Program-made: the position numbers and the translations under genes
Notes under the pieces: generated by a model
Seen by the model: only the letters and a program-made list of their open reading frames with translations
What the model was told of the DNA's origin: nothing
Database searches by the model: none
Assembly: GCA_963848445.1 (NCBI GenBank)
Contig: CAWKDT010000001.1
Coordinates: 330,667 to 394,666 of the forward strand
Source: Candidatus Dormiibacterota bacterium
GTDB lineage: Bacteria; Chloroflexota; Dormibacteria; Aeolococcales; Aeolococcaceae
DNA: 64,000 bases
Reading direction: 5' to 3'
In this document: in pieces, positions 8,641-17,908 of the stretch
Layout of the letters: every line of letters starts with the position of its first letter
Numbering within the stretch: position 1 is the first letter of the stretch

Positions 8641-10134
8641 CTACCAGTCGTCCGGGTAGGGAGCGACCGCTGCCATAGGGTCGCCGACGGTGGGCCGATA
8701 GCCGGGAACGAGCATGGCGAGGCGGCGACGCACCTCCGCCATGTTGTTCGCGCTGCTCGCCGCGAACAGTTGCTGCACCGCGGCCTCGAAGCCCGCGGGC
8801 GGCTCCGTGTTGGTGCGTGAGCTCCAGATCTTGGGATGGGCGGTCGGGGTGCGTTCCTCGTTCTCGCTGACCAGTATCTCGTCGAGCTTCTCGCCTGGCC
8901 GCAGCCCGGTGAACCGAATCACCACGTCGTTGGTGCGATGGAGTTGCTCGGTGTACGCGCGCACCAGGTCGACGATCAGCACCGGATCGCCCATGTCGAG
9001 GACGAAGACCTCTCCGTCCGACGCCATCACAGCCGCTTCGAGGACCAGCCCGACGGCCTCTTCGACGGTCATGAAGAAACGGGACACGTCGGGGTGGGTG
9101 ATCGTGACCACCTCCCCCTTCTCGATCTGCGACTCCAGGACCGACAGGAGGGAGCCGCGGCTGCCGAGGACGTTGCCGAAGCGAACAGATGCGATCCGGG
9201 TGTCGCGGCCGGCATAGGAGCGAAGGATCATCTCGGCGAGGCGCTTGGTCGCACCAAGCACCGAACTGGGATCCGCCGCCTTGTCGGTCGAGATGAGGAT
9301 GACGCGTTCCACTCCCGAAGCAACGGCGCACTCGATGATGTTGTACGTGCCGGCGACATTGGTCTTCACCCCCTCGCACGGGTGGCGCTCCAGGAGTGGA
9401 AGATGCTTGTGGGCGGCCGCATGGAAGACGACCTCCGGCCTCAGCTCGGCGAACAGTTGCTGCACCCTTCTGCGATCGCGGATGTCGGCGATGATGATGT
9501 CGTCCGAATCGAGCAGGCCGTGTCCGCGCAGCTCGAGCTGCAGGCGATGCAGGTTGGACTCGTCGTGATCGAGCATGTAGAGCGCCGCCGGACCGAAGTG
9601 ATCGATCTGGCGGCAGAGCTCGCTACCGATGGACCCGCCTGCTCCGGTCACCAGGACGCGGCGCCCGGCGATGACCGAGCGCGACGACGAACGGATGACA
9701 TGCACCTCGTCCCGGCCGAGCAGCGTGTCGACGCGAACGCTGCGCAGGTCGGAGATACGCACGTCGCGCTCGAGCGCGGAGACGAAGGACGGCAGGAAGC
9801 GGACCATCAGCCCGACGGAATGCGCGCGGGCAGCGATCGCGGCGATGCGCCGGGGCGACAGCGAGGGGATCGTCACGAGCGCCACGTCCACGTCGTTCGC
9901 CACCGCCACGTCGGCCATGTCGCTGATGCTGCCGAGCACCGGCAACCCGGCGACCTGCCGCCGGTGCGGGTTGTCGTCGAGGAAGCCGATCGGTGCCAAG
10001 CCGTACTCGGGCACCCTCCGGAGCGCGTGCGCCATCGTCCGGCCCGCCTCGCCGGCGCCGATGAGCAGCGAGCGCAGCGCCGCCGAGCGCACGCGTGGTT
10101 CCGGCGCGATGCGACCTTCCAGCTCGAGCATCAC
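8641..10134 (-). CDS. Nucleotide-sugar 4,6-dehydratase/epimerase (CapD/PglF/WbpM family polysaccharide biosynthesis protein)
   Basis: An N-terminal Rossmann-like region is followed by a second 'VLVTGAGGSIGSEL' NAD site and a YxxxK dehydratase core. Confidence 0.85.
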   Translation of the reverse strand: MMLELEGRIAPEPRVRSAALRSLLIGAGEAGRTMAHALRRVPEYGLAPIGFLDDNPHRRQVAGLPVLGSISDMADVAVANDVDVALVTIPSLSPRRIAAIAARAHSVGLMVRFLPSFVSALERDVRISDLRSVRVDTLLGRDEVHVIRSSSRSVIAGRRVLVTGAGGSIGSELCRQIDHFGPAALYMLDHDESNLHRLQLELRGHGLLDSDDIIIADIRDRRRVQQLFAELRPEVVFHAAAHKHLPLLERHPCEGVKTNVAGTYNIIECAVASGVERVILISTDKAADPSSVLGATKRLAEMILRSYAGRDTRIASVRFGNVLGSRGSLLSVLESQIEKGEVVTITHPDVSRFFMTVEEAVGLVLEAAVMASDGEVFVLDMGDPVLIVDLVRAYTEQLHRTNDVVIRFTGLRPGEKLDEILVSENEERTPTAHPKIWSSRTNTEPPAGFEAAVQQLFAASSANNMAEVRRRLAMLVPGYRPTVGDPMAAVAPYPDDW

Positions 10135-11315
10135 TGCACACCCACCGCATCCGCAACGGCTTCACACACGCGGTCGACGTCTGCGTCGCTGAGGCGCGGG
10201 TGCATCGGCAGCGACAGGACGCGATCCGCGGCCTCGTCCGTTCCCGGAAGCAGCCCCGCGTGGTCGCCGAGCGTTTCCCGGAAATAGCTGAGCTGATGCA
10301 CCGGGATGAAGTGCACCGAGCACCCGATGCCGGCGTCCTCGAGGTTCGCCGCGACGGTGTCGCGACACGTGCCGCGCCCGCCCTCGATCTGGACCACGAA
10401 GAGGTGCCACGCATGGCGCCCGTCGGAGGACTCGATGGGCAGGAGCACGCCCGCGACCTCCGCGAGGAGACTGCGATATCGCTCCGCGATCTGCTCGCGC
10501 CGAGCCTGCCAGGCCGGCAGATGCCGCAGCTGGGCCCGGCCCATGGCGGCGGTGACATCGGTCATGTTCGCCTTGATACCGGCAACTTCGATGTCATACC
10601 GCCAGGTGCCACCCGGGAGGTACCGCCGCCAGGCGTCCTTGCTCATTCCGTGGAGCCGGGCGCGGCGAAGATACGACGCGATGAGGTCGTTCTCCGTCGT
10701 GACCATGCCACCCTCGCCGAGCGGGAGATTCTTGGTCGCATAGAAGCTGAAACAGGTCGCTCCGGACACCGTGCCGATGTCACGCCCCCCCGGCGCGCGC
10801 GTCCACAACGCGTGGGCGGCGTCCTCGACGACGAGATCCAGCGGGAGCCCTGCGGCATCCGCCAACGCGGCGACATCCGCCGGTGCTCCTCCGTAGTGCA
10901 TCACCACCATCGCACTCGGTCGCGGACCCCGCCCGGCTGCGGCGGCGACATGCTCCGGTGTGGGCATCAGCGTCCGCGGATCGACGTCGACGAGGACGGG
11001 CTGCAACCCGGCCTGAAGAATCGCGTGCACCGCGCCCGCGAACGTCATGGACGGTGTGAGGACGCGCGACCGCGGGGGGAGATCGAGGGCGCGGAGCGCC
11101 AGCTGCAGACCGGCGGTGCACGACGACACCGCAACGGCGTGCCGGGCCCCGACCACGGCCGCGAACTCGCTCTCGAATGCGCCGACCTCCGGGCCCGAGG
11201 TGACCCAACCACCGCTCAGTGCTCGGACGGCGGCCGCCCGCGCGTCGGGCGTGATATCCACAACGCAGAATGGGATCGGCTCGGGCCGGGACTCGACGGC
11301 TGCGACGGCGGTCAT
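10131..11315 (-). CDS. DegT/DnrJ/EryC1/StrS-family PLP-dependent sugar aminotransferase
   Basis: Typical family sequence 'FSFYATKNL' with the PLP lysine in a 'SFxxxK' context. It overlaps both neighbours by 4 nt. Confidence 0.85.
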   Translation of the reverse strand: MTAVAAVESRPEPIPFCVVDITPDARAAAVRALSGGWVTSGPEVGAFESEFAAVVGARHAVAVSSCTAGLQLALRALDLPPRSRVLTPSMTFAGAVHAILQAGLQPVLVDVDPRTLMPTPEHVAAAAGRGPRPSAMVVMHYGGAPADVAALADAAGLPLDLVVEDAAHALWTRAPGGRDIGTVSGATCFSFYATKNLPLGEGGMVTTENDLIASYLRRARLHGMSKDAWRRYLPGGTWRYDIEVAGIKANMTDVTAAMGRAQLRHLPAWQARREQIAERYRSLLAEVAGVLLPIESSDGRHAWHLFVVQIEGGRGTCRDTVAANLEDAGIGCSVHFIPVHQLSYFRETLGDHAGLLPGTDEAADRVLSLPMHPRLSDADVDRVCEAVADAVGVQ

Positions 11316-12589
11316 GACACCAACACCGCGGAAGCCTGGTCTCCCGCGACCTCGCCGTTTCCCTGCTCAGGGATCGCGGCGTTCGTGGCATCGCCGCGCC
11401 GCCGGTGCCATCCCATGGGCCGCCGGCGGGGCGCGATGATGGCACCGAGAATCGAAACTCCCTCGCTTCCACGAAGCTCCGCTGCCTCATCGATCGTTCG
11501 CAGCGGCAGCACCGGGGGAACCACGACCACCAAGGCGCATCGGGGATTGACCGCTTCCACGGAAACGGCCGCACGGATGCTGAATGAGGGACGCCCGGCG
11601 GCGCGGACCACCTCGGGCTTGGTCGCCTGGAGCCGCCGCGCGACGTCGCTCAAGTCCTCGTCCCGGTTCCAGAGGAGCACCGTCGAGGCTCGGACGTGCT
11701 CTGCAGCGCGGCGGACCCGCGCGCTGATCACGAGGACGTTCGATCGGCTTGCGTCCGCGGTCATGACGCCGAGCACCGGTGCTCCCAGGGCCCGCTCGAT
11801 CGCTTCGCGGCCCACGAGCGTCGGCCGCAGTGATTCCAGCAATGCGGCGAGCGCAACGCCGACGATGAGACCCGCGAGCGCGCCCAGGATGAGGTCGAGC
11901 GGCAGCCGCGACGGGTCGGCCAGCGTCGGCCGGGTTGCCGGCGCGATCACGCCGGCGCCCACGCTCTGCGCAATCTGTTGCTGGACATCGGCGCGCTTGG
12001 TGATCAGCGCGGTCATCTGCTGGGCGTCATCACTCTGCCGCGCCAGCAACGCCGCGGCGGTGGGGGAGTTCGGAGCAGCCGTCGCGAGCTGCAACTCGAC
12101 GGTGTCGATATCCGCGCTGAGCCCAGTGATCTGAGCCTGCAGCTGCGCCTCCAACTGCTCGCTCGGTTGCCGCTGTTCGGCGTTGATGGTGGCCACCGCC
12201 CCGGAGGCGAGGGCGTTGGCCACCGAAGCGGCGACGCGCGCGTCGGTGTCCGTCACCGACAGCTCGAGGATGCTCGAGTCGCTCAGCGACTGTGTGTCGA
12301 TCTCTCGCGCGAACTTCACGATGTCGCGTACGGCGCCGGCATCGGCGAGCGCCGCTCTGATGCGGTCCGGGCTTGTCACGATCCCCTGAACGGTGCCGGC
12401 AAGAGCGGACGCCCAATCAGCGGTTTGGGGGACGCCCCCACCAAGGACGAGTCGCTCCGACGCGGTGTAGGTTGTCTTCTCGAAGACCCTGTGCACGGTG
12501 AATCCGGCCGCAAGACCTGCGACGAGGCACGCAAGGATGATCAGCCCCCGGACTCGAAAGATGCGTTGCGCCGCTTCACGGATTTCCAT
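11312..12589 (-). CDS. Polysaccharide chain-length determinant (Wzz/PCP family) with degenerate C-terminal BY-kinase-like domain
   Basis: An N-terminal TM and a Q/A-rich coiled coil precede a second TM ('LDLILGALAGLIVGVALAALL'). The C-terminal ~170 aa has no Walker A. Confidence 0.65.
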   Translation of the reverse strand: MEIREAAQRIFRVRGLIILACLVAGLAAGFTVHRVFEKTTYTASERLVLGGGVPQTADWASALAGTVQGIVTSPDRIRAALADAGAVRDIVKFAREIDTQSLSDSSILELSVTDTDARVAASVANALASGAVATINAEQRQPSEQLEAQLQAQITGLSADIDTVELQLATAAPNSPTAAALLARQSDDAQQMTALITKRADVQQQIAQSVGAGVIAPATRPTLADPSRLPLDLILGALAGLIVGVALAALLESLRPTLVGREAIERALGAPVLGVMTADASRSNVLVISARVRRAAEHVRASTVLLWNRDEDLSDVARRLQATKPEVVRAAGRPSFSIRAAVSVEAVNPRCALVVVVPPVLPLRTIDEAAELRGSEGVSILGAIIAPRRRPMGWHRRRGDATNAAIPEQGNGEVAGDQASAVLVS

Positions 12590-12629
12590 TCCTGGTTACT
12601 CTGCGACCCCTACCGAACGGTTGACGTCT

Positions 12630-13406
12630 TCAATTAACTCTGTACAAAGCGCGCATCGCGCGCATCGGCACCGCGGATGAGCCCACGCTCACCCGTTTGC
12701 GGTAGTCACCATGCTCGCCGGGCGTTGCGCTCGGCCCGGCGATTCCGACCACGGACGGCCTCACGCCGCACCGGAACGCGAAGTGGACTGCCTCGAGGCT
12801 CGAGTGAACACCGAGCTTCGCGTAACAGTTCTGCGTGTGCGTTCGGATCGTGTTCCGGCTCACACCCAGATGCCTGGCGATCGCATCACGATCGATGCCG
12901 GCGACCATGCAGTCGAGCACTGCCCGCTCGCGCTCGCTCAACCGCAACAGACGCGCCCGGTCCTCCTCGCGGTCCGAGCGACGCGCCTGGAGCCCGCGGA
13001 TCACCGATGTCAACATCCGCGGCGGGACCGAGATCTCGTCGGACATGGCATCGCGAATCGCCTGCACCAGAGTGGCGGTCGAGGAGTCCGCTGCGACCCA
13101 CGCGTGAGCGCCTTCGCACAGGCAGTCGCACACGATCTGAGGATCTTCGTCGTCGCCGATCACCACGACTCGCAGGTCGGGCAGCGCCTCGCGAAGCCGC
13201 CGCGTCAGGTCGGATGCGGCGACGCCGTACGAGAGCGCCCCCATGACCACGACATCCGGCCGCATCACCTGCGCGGCCAGGCAGGCCTGGGCATCCTTGT
13301 TCGCGGTCCCCAGGATGACGATTCCCTCCTCGGACGCCAACCGCATGGCGATCGCATCGCCGACCAGCGGTTGCCCGTCGGCGATCAGCACCCTCACCCC
13401 ACTCAC
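12630..13406 (-). CDS. LuxR/NarL-family transcriptional regulator with atypical (pseudo-)receiver domain
   Basis: It has a C-terminal LuxR HTH. The receiver-like N-domain has Gly at the phospho-Asp position ('VVVMGALSYG') and lacks the conserved Lys. It lies 40 bp upstream of wzz. Confidence 0.75.
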   Translation of the reverse strand: MSGVRVLIADGQPLVGDAIAMRLASEEGIVILGTANKDAQACLAAQVMRPDVVVMGALSYGVAASDLTRRLREALPDLRVVVIGDDEDPQIVCDCLCEGAHAWVAADSSTATLVQAIRDAMSDEISVPPRMLTSVIRGLQARRSDREEDRARLLRLSERERAVLDCMVAGIDRDAIARHLGVSRNTIRTHTQNCYAKLGVHSSLEAVHFAFRCGVRPSVVGIAGPSATPGEHGDYRKRVSVGSSAVPMRAMRALYRVN

Positions 13407-13857
13407 CGCTCAACCATCCCCCAAGGCCGCGCCGTCCACAACCGGCGCCTGCATGAGGTGTGCCTCCCTCAAATGCACGACGACGGCTGTCTCCGGGCGC
13501 TCATCCGCTCGGCGTATCCCTCAAATGATGTAGACGCGTACATCATCCGCAGGACAACCGGGCGTAGACCGCGGCGCGCCGGCACTCACGCGCTGGCCAT
13601 TTGCCTTGCTTTGTGGCCTAATATAGGAGCGAGACAATTTGGCGTCCAGGCGGGGGGAGAGCCGCCGGAAACGCAGGGGGGCGACGAAGGGGTATGCCAT
13701 CGAGGGCAGCGGGGGATTGCCGCACGGGCGATTCACCTCGGATCAGGAAGGGTCGGCGACCATTGGAGCAGGGCGTGGATGCCACGCTCGCAACAACGAG
13801 CCGCCGTTATCGCAGGCGGACGCCGTGCGGACCGCCGCGCTCACGAGCTCGATCGAC

Positions 13858-14562
13858 GTGAGACTCGTTCTGTGTGACCGTCACCGGCTGTTCGCGGAGT
13901 CGTTCGCCCAGGTGCTCGAGACGCTCGGACACGACGTCCGCCTGGTCAACTCGCCGGAGGAGACCATCGACGCGGTCCTCGCTCAGCCCGCTACCGATGC
14001 CTGTCTCCTCGAGGTTGAGTACGGCGATCACCGTGGCCTGGCCGCGGTGCAGACGCTGCGTGGAGAGCATCCTGGTATTCGTGTGGTGCTCCTCTACGGC
14101 CGCGATGATCCGCGGCTTCTCGACTGGATGATCGCGGCCGGCGTCACCGGCGTGATCTCCAAGGCGCACGGCCTTGACAAGGTCATCGTCACCCTCGCAC
14201 GGCTGATGAATGCGGAACCGAACGATCGCGCGCATGCGCGTCTCATGTGTGTACCCGCCCGAAGCGTCACCCGCCGTCGGGAGCGCTCGATCAGCGAACT
14301 CACGCCGCGAGAGCGCGAGACGCTCCGGTTGCTGGCCCTCGGTCACAGCACTGGTGCCCTCGCGCTGGCCATGGACGTCAGCTATGCCACCGCGCGCACG
14401 CACATCCAGAACGTGCTCGCCAAGCTGGAGGTCCACTCCCGGCTTGAAGCCGTGGCAATGCTGCATCATCAGGACGGTGGTCCGGGTTTCAGAGAGACGC
14501 GTTTCGAGCGCCGGGCGATCGCCGTGCCGGATGCTCCTGAGGAAGAGCGGCTGATCCTCTGA
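13858..14562 (+). CDS. LuxR/NarL-family transcriptional regulator with atypical receiver (Glu at phospho-acceptor position)
   Basis: The LuxR HTH at the C-terminus carries 'LTPRERETLRLLALGHS'. In the receiver, 'LLEVEY' replaces 'LLDLxMP'. The proposed start is a GTG giving MRLVLCDRH. The Lys/Arg-rich upstream part of ORF 13639.. is probably not coding. Confidence 0.65.
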   Translation: MRLVLCDRHRLFAESFAQVLETLGHDVRLVNSPEETIDAVLAQPATDACLLEVEYGDHRGLAAVQTLRGEHPGIRVVLLYGRDDPRLLDWMIAAGVTGVISKAHGLDKVIVTLARLMNAEPNDRAHARLMCVPARSVTRRRERSISELTPRERETLRLLALGHSTGALALAMDVSYATARTHIQNVLAKLEVHSRLEAVAMLHHQDGGPGFRETRFERRAIAVPDAPEEERLIL

Positions 14563-14785
14563 CAACACCACGCGTTGCGCGGGGAACGGGACCAACGCCG
14601 GTGCGGTGGCACGCGTAGCCGGCGCGGATTGTTGTAGTTTGGTCACGGATCGGTAACACGCCCTGGGACGGCGCACGTCTGAGCGCCGCGGCGGTTCTAG
14701 GTTGGGCGCGCCGGTAACCAGCAGATTGCGCTCAGCCGCGAACCGGCGTTGCCGAGGGTGCGTCGGTTGCCACAAGGAGATCGCG

Positions 14786-15841
14786 ATGACGGCGAGTCCG
14801 CGGCAGGTCCTCGGCCTGGTCCTCGTGCTGACCACCGCCGGCGTGGCCGCGTGGCTGCTCGCACACGGTCCTCCCTCCGTGGTTGCGGCACCGGTGGACA
14901 ATGCGCCGTCACATCAACATCAGCGGCCCTCACCCACGTCCACACCCACCGCCGAACCGTCGCCGCCACGCTCCACGTCATCGCCGACGCCGGCGCCGAC
15001 GCTGACGCCGGCAATCATTCCCACGAGCGCCCCGACGCCGCCGGCAGTCCCATCGGCGACCCCGTCGTCCACGCCGGCGCCGACGCGATGGCCGGTCACC
15101 GGCCTCCATTACACGGCCAACGGCAACTTCGGCTCGTCCGGTCAGTATCTGCCCGGTGCCGATGGCTTCAACCTGGCGGACGTCAGCTCCGTGTCGGTCC
15201 TGGACGCACTGCCGGCCGGCACCGACGGTCTGGTGTGGATCGGATCCTGCGAAGGCTCGGACAGCACCTTTCAAGCGATGGTCTCGCCGTTCATCGGCAA
15301 TCCCAGGCTGTTCGGTTTCTACGTGGTGGACGAACCCGACCCGTCGACATGTCTCGCAGCCAACCTCAAGGCCGAGGACGATTGGATTCACGCCCACGTT
15401 CCTGGAGCCCGAGCGTTCGCGATCCTCCAGAACGTCGGCTCGTCCGACGAGCCGACGTTTGCCGGCACGTACACGCCACAGAACTCAGACCTCGATCTGA
15501 TCGGCCTCGATCCCTATCCCGTGCGTTCTGAGCTGCCCTCCCCCGATTACGCGGCGATCAGCGGCTATGTGCGCGCGGCAGAAGCGGCGGGTTGGCCGCA
15601 GCGATCCATCGTCCCCGTCTACCAGGCGTTCGGCGGCGGCACGGAGAACGACGGTGGGGGTGGGCACTGGTCATTGCCCACGGCTGCCGAGGAGGCGGCG
15701 ATGCTCGCGGACTGGTCCGGCGTCGTGCCCACTCCGGTCTTCGACTACGCGTACTCCTGGGGCACGCAGTTCGGAGACACCGCGCTGAGCGAGAGTGCGT
15801 CGCTGCAGGCAGTGTTCACGGCGAAGAACGCGGGCCGGTAA
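14786..15841 (+). CDS. Secreted protein with Pro/Thr/Ser-rich linker and C-terminal globular domain of unknown function
   Basis: An RBS 'AAGGAG' lies 7 nt before the ATG. The N-terminus has a signal anchor ('LGLVLVLTTAGVAAWLLA') followed by a PT-rich linker. The C-terminal domain contains 'FYVVDEPD' and 'GLDPYP'. Confidence 0.6.
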   Translation: MTASPRQVLGLVLVLTTAGVAAWLLAHGPPSVVAAPVDNAPSHQHQRPSPTSTPTAEPSPPRSTSSPTPAPTLTPAIIPTSAPTPPAVPSATPSSTPAPTRWPVTGLHYTANGNFGSSGQYLPGADGFNLADVSSVSVLDALPAGTDGLVWIGSCEGSDSTFQAMVSPFIGNPRLFGFYVVDEPDPSTCLAANLKAEDDWIHAHVPGARAFAILQNVGSSDEPTFAGTYTPQNSDLDLIGLDPYPVRSELPSPDYAAISGYVRAAEAAGWPQRSIVPVYQAFGGGTENDGGGGHWSLPTAAEEAAMLADWSGVVPTPVFDYAYSWGTQFGDTALSESASLQAVFTAKNAGR

Positions 15842-15853
15842 TCCGACGCGGGG

Positions 15854-17203
15854 TCAGCTGGGCGGGGGGGCCAGTGGCGGCGCCGGGGGCACAATCGGTG
15901 TGCCGCCGCCGCCGATGGAGGTCGGGCCGTTGTTGGTGACGATCGAGAGGTTGGCGAAGATGGTTTGGATGTCGTGCGCCCATGTCGCATCGGCGCCCGG
16001 GGTACAGGTCTCGAACGGAAAGCCCCCCCATGCCGTGTCGAACTCGCCCGTTTGCTGAACGACGCACGTGCTGTTGACGACGTCGGCGACGCTGCCGGTG
16101 GGACCGTACTCCGTCACGATGTTGTTGACCGATCGATGCGCGTCATTGGCGATGTACGCGCCGTAGTCCTGGAACGCCTTCGCCAGGATCACGCCGGGTT
16201 GCGTTTCGAGGCCGAGGCTGTTCAGGTCGAGCGACGCGGGCAGTGCCAGGAGCGAGCCCATGGTGAGGTCCGGGTTGGTTCCCGTATAGGTGGTGGCAGA
16301 TGCGTAAGGATCGCAGACCGTCGCGGGCCAGCGCGGACGTGTCAACGCGCTGCCGGCGTAGTAGAGGTTCGTCGCGTCGACGTCGATCTGCAACGCATGG
16401 TCAATTGCACCGCCCGGTACGAGCTCACCGAGCCGGATAGCCCCACCCAGCGCGGAGAGATGGCTGCCGCCGTCCCAGCCCGACACGCCGTCCCCGTACA
16501 GGTCGCCGGGTACAGGATCGAGCGGTTGGTCAAGCGTGCCGTCGGCGAAGCCGAGGCAATGCGCGAACGGTTCACCCTGGATCAGGGTCCGGCCGTCCGC
16601 GGCCACGGCAACCAGCGGCAGGTTGCTGGTCGATGAGGCAACGTAGAAATCGGCGGGAATGGGGGCGGTGGTGAGGAACGCGCCTGACGTGTCGCATCGT
16701 TGCCCGGATCCTCCCACCGCGCCCGCGGGGTTCTGGACGATGGTCATCGGCGACGCGGTCGGCGTCATCACGATGACATGCTGGTCGCTCACCAGCGTGT
16801 GTATCGCCGCCGGTATGAGGTTCGCCGGCTCGTACAAAGCGCCAGACCCGATCGGCATGTTCCAGATGGATGTGCTCGTGAACGGCTGCAGGAGCGGATC
16901 TCGATCGCCCTGCAGAACGAAGCCCTGCGACACCATGCCCCCCACGCCGACCGTCACGGTCTCCGGTGCGGGCGCGATGTAGCCCTTATCCACCACAGCG
17001 ACGATGTACCTGCCCGGAGACACGCCGCTGAACGTGTAGGCACCGCTGACGTCCGTCGTCGTTGTGCCGCCGGCGGTGCTCCCGCCGGTGCGCGTATACG
17101 TGACAGCCGCACCGAACACCGGCTGCGATGGCGTTTCCGTGTCGCTCACCACACCGCCGAGCCGGAACAGGCCGACGAGGACGACCATGAGACCGACCAC
17201 CAC
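15854..17203 (-). CDS. Membrane-anchored secreted protein with carboxypeptidase-regulatory-like (Ig-like) domain
   Basis: An N-terminal TM is followed by 'GAAVTYTRTGG...DVSGAYTFSGVSPGRYIVAVVDKGY', a CarbopepD_reg-like beta-sandwich. The C-terminal part is large and S/T/G-rich. Confidence 0.55.
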   Translation of the reverse strand: MVVGLMVVLVGLFRLGGVVSDTETPSQPVFGAAVTYTRTGGSTAGGTTTTDVSGAYTFSGVSPGRYIVAVVDKGYIAPAPETVTVGVGGMVSQGFVLQGDRDPLLQPFTSTSIWNMPIGSGALYEPANLIPAAIHTLVSDQHVIVMTPTASPMTIVQNPAGAVGGSGQRCDTSGAFLTTAPIPADFYVASSTSNLPLVAVAADGRTLIQGEPFAHCLGFADGTLDQPLDPVPGDLYGDGVSGWDGGSHLSALGGAIRLGELVPGGAIDHALQIDVDATNLYYAGSALTRPRWPATVCDPYASATTYTGTNPDLTMGSLLALPASLDLNSLGLETQPGVILAKAFQDYGAYIANDAHRSVNNIVTEYGPTGSVADVVNSTCVVQQTGEFDTAWGGFPFETCTPGADATWAHDIQTIFANLSIVTNNGPTSIGGGGTPIVPPAPPLAPPPS

Positions 17204-17214
17204 CGCGAGAAGTG

Positions 17215-17505
17215 CTACGAGCTCCGCGTAGTTGCCCGAGCCACTCTGGGCCAGGGTGCCGATACCGATGCGAAGAGCGGGGCGATCGTCGAATCGGCCC
17301 CCACTGACATCTGCGGGTTGGATCCGAACAGCGCGAACACCACCGTGCCGGCGATGAAGGCATACAGCCCCGTGATCGGAGGCATCTCAGCGAGGCGGGA
17401 CGTCGCGAGCTGCTCGGGCACGGCGATCACGAGCAGCGTCACCGCGGCGAGCGCGTCAGCAGACGCCCACCCGCGGCGATACCTGTGCAGTGACGAGAAG
17501 AGCAC
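17215..17505 (-). pseudogene. SulP-family sulfate/anion transporter, N-terminal remnant (~80 aa homologous, then out of frame and truncated)
   Basis: 'LAAVTLLVIAVPEQLATSRLAEMPPITGLYAFIAGTVVFALFGSNPQMSVGADSTIAPLFA' is a canonical SulP N-terminus. The ORF ends after 96 aa. The downstream space is occupied by an unrelated gene. Confidence 0.6.
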
Positions 17506-17908
17506 GGGGCCGAGGGCGTGACGCAGGCCCGGATGTGCGTTTCCACGTTCAGATCCCGCGCTCAGCGTCCGGGCTCCACGGATTCACCGCGCTCATTCGG
17601 CGCCGCGGGAAGAAGGATCAACCAACGTCGGACAGATCAGCGGCGCCTGTGCTCGCCGCTCGCTGCAACCAGCGCTTCCGAAGGCCGGCAATGTGAGGCG
17701 TCAAGGATGAAGTGTCGTATGCCCCGGGCCGCAACCGGGTATGGGATGCGTGTATCGCGCGTCTCATCGTTCACGTGCCGATCATCACGCAGGGCTGATC
17801 ACCGCCACCGCGCAGGTGCGCGATCGCCTCGATTGCCAGCGTCGAGCGGCGCTTCGGTGCATGGTGATTCGGTGACCGAAGCGCCGTCGTCGCTGCTGGC
17901 GGCGCCCG

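Noticed and set aside
13807-14901. 364-aa minus-strand ORF
   Set aside because: It is antisense to the second LuxR regulator, whose HTH is unambiguous on the plus strand.
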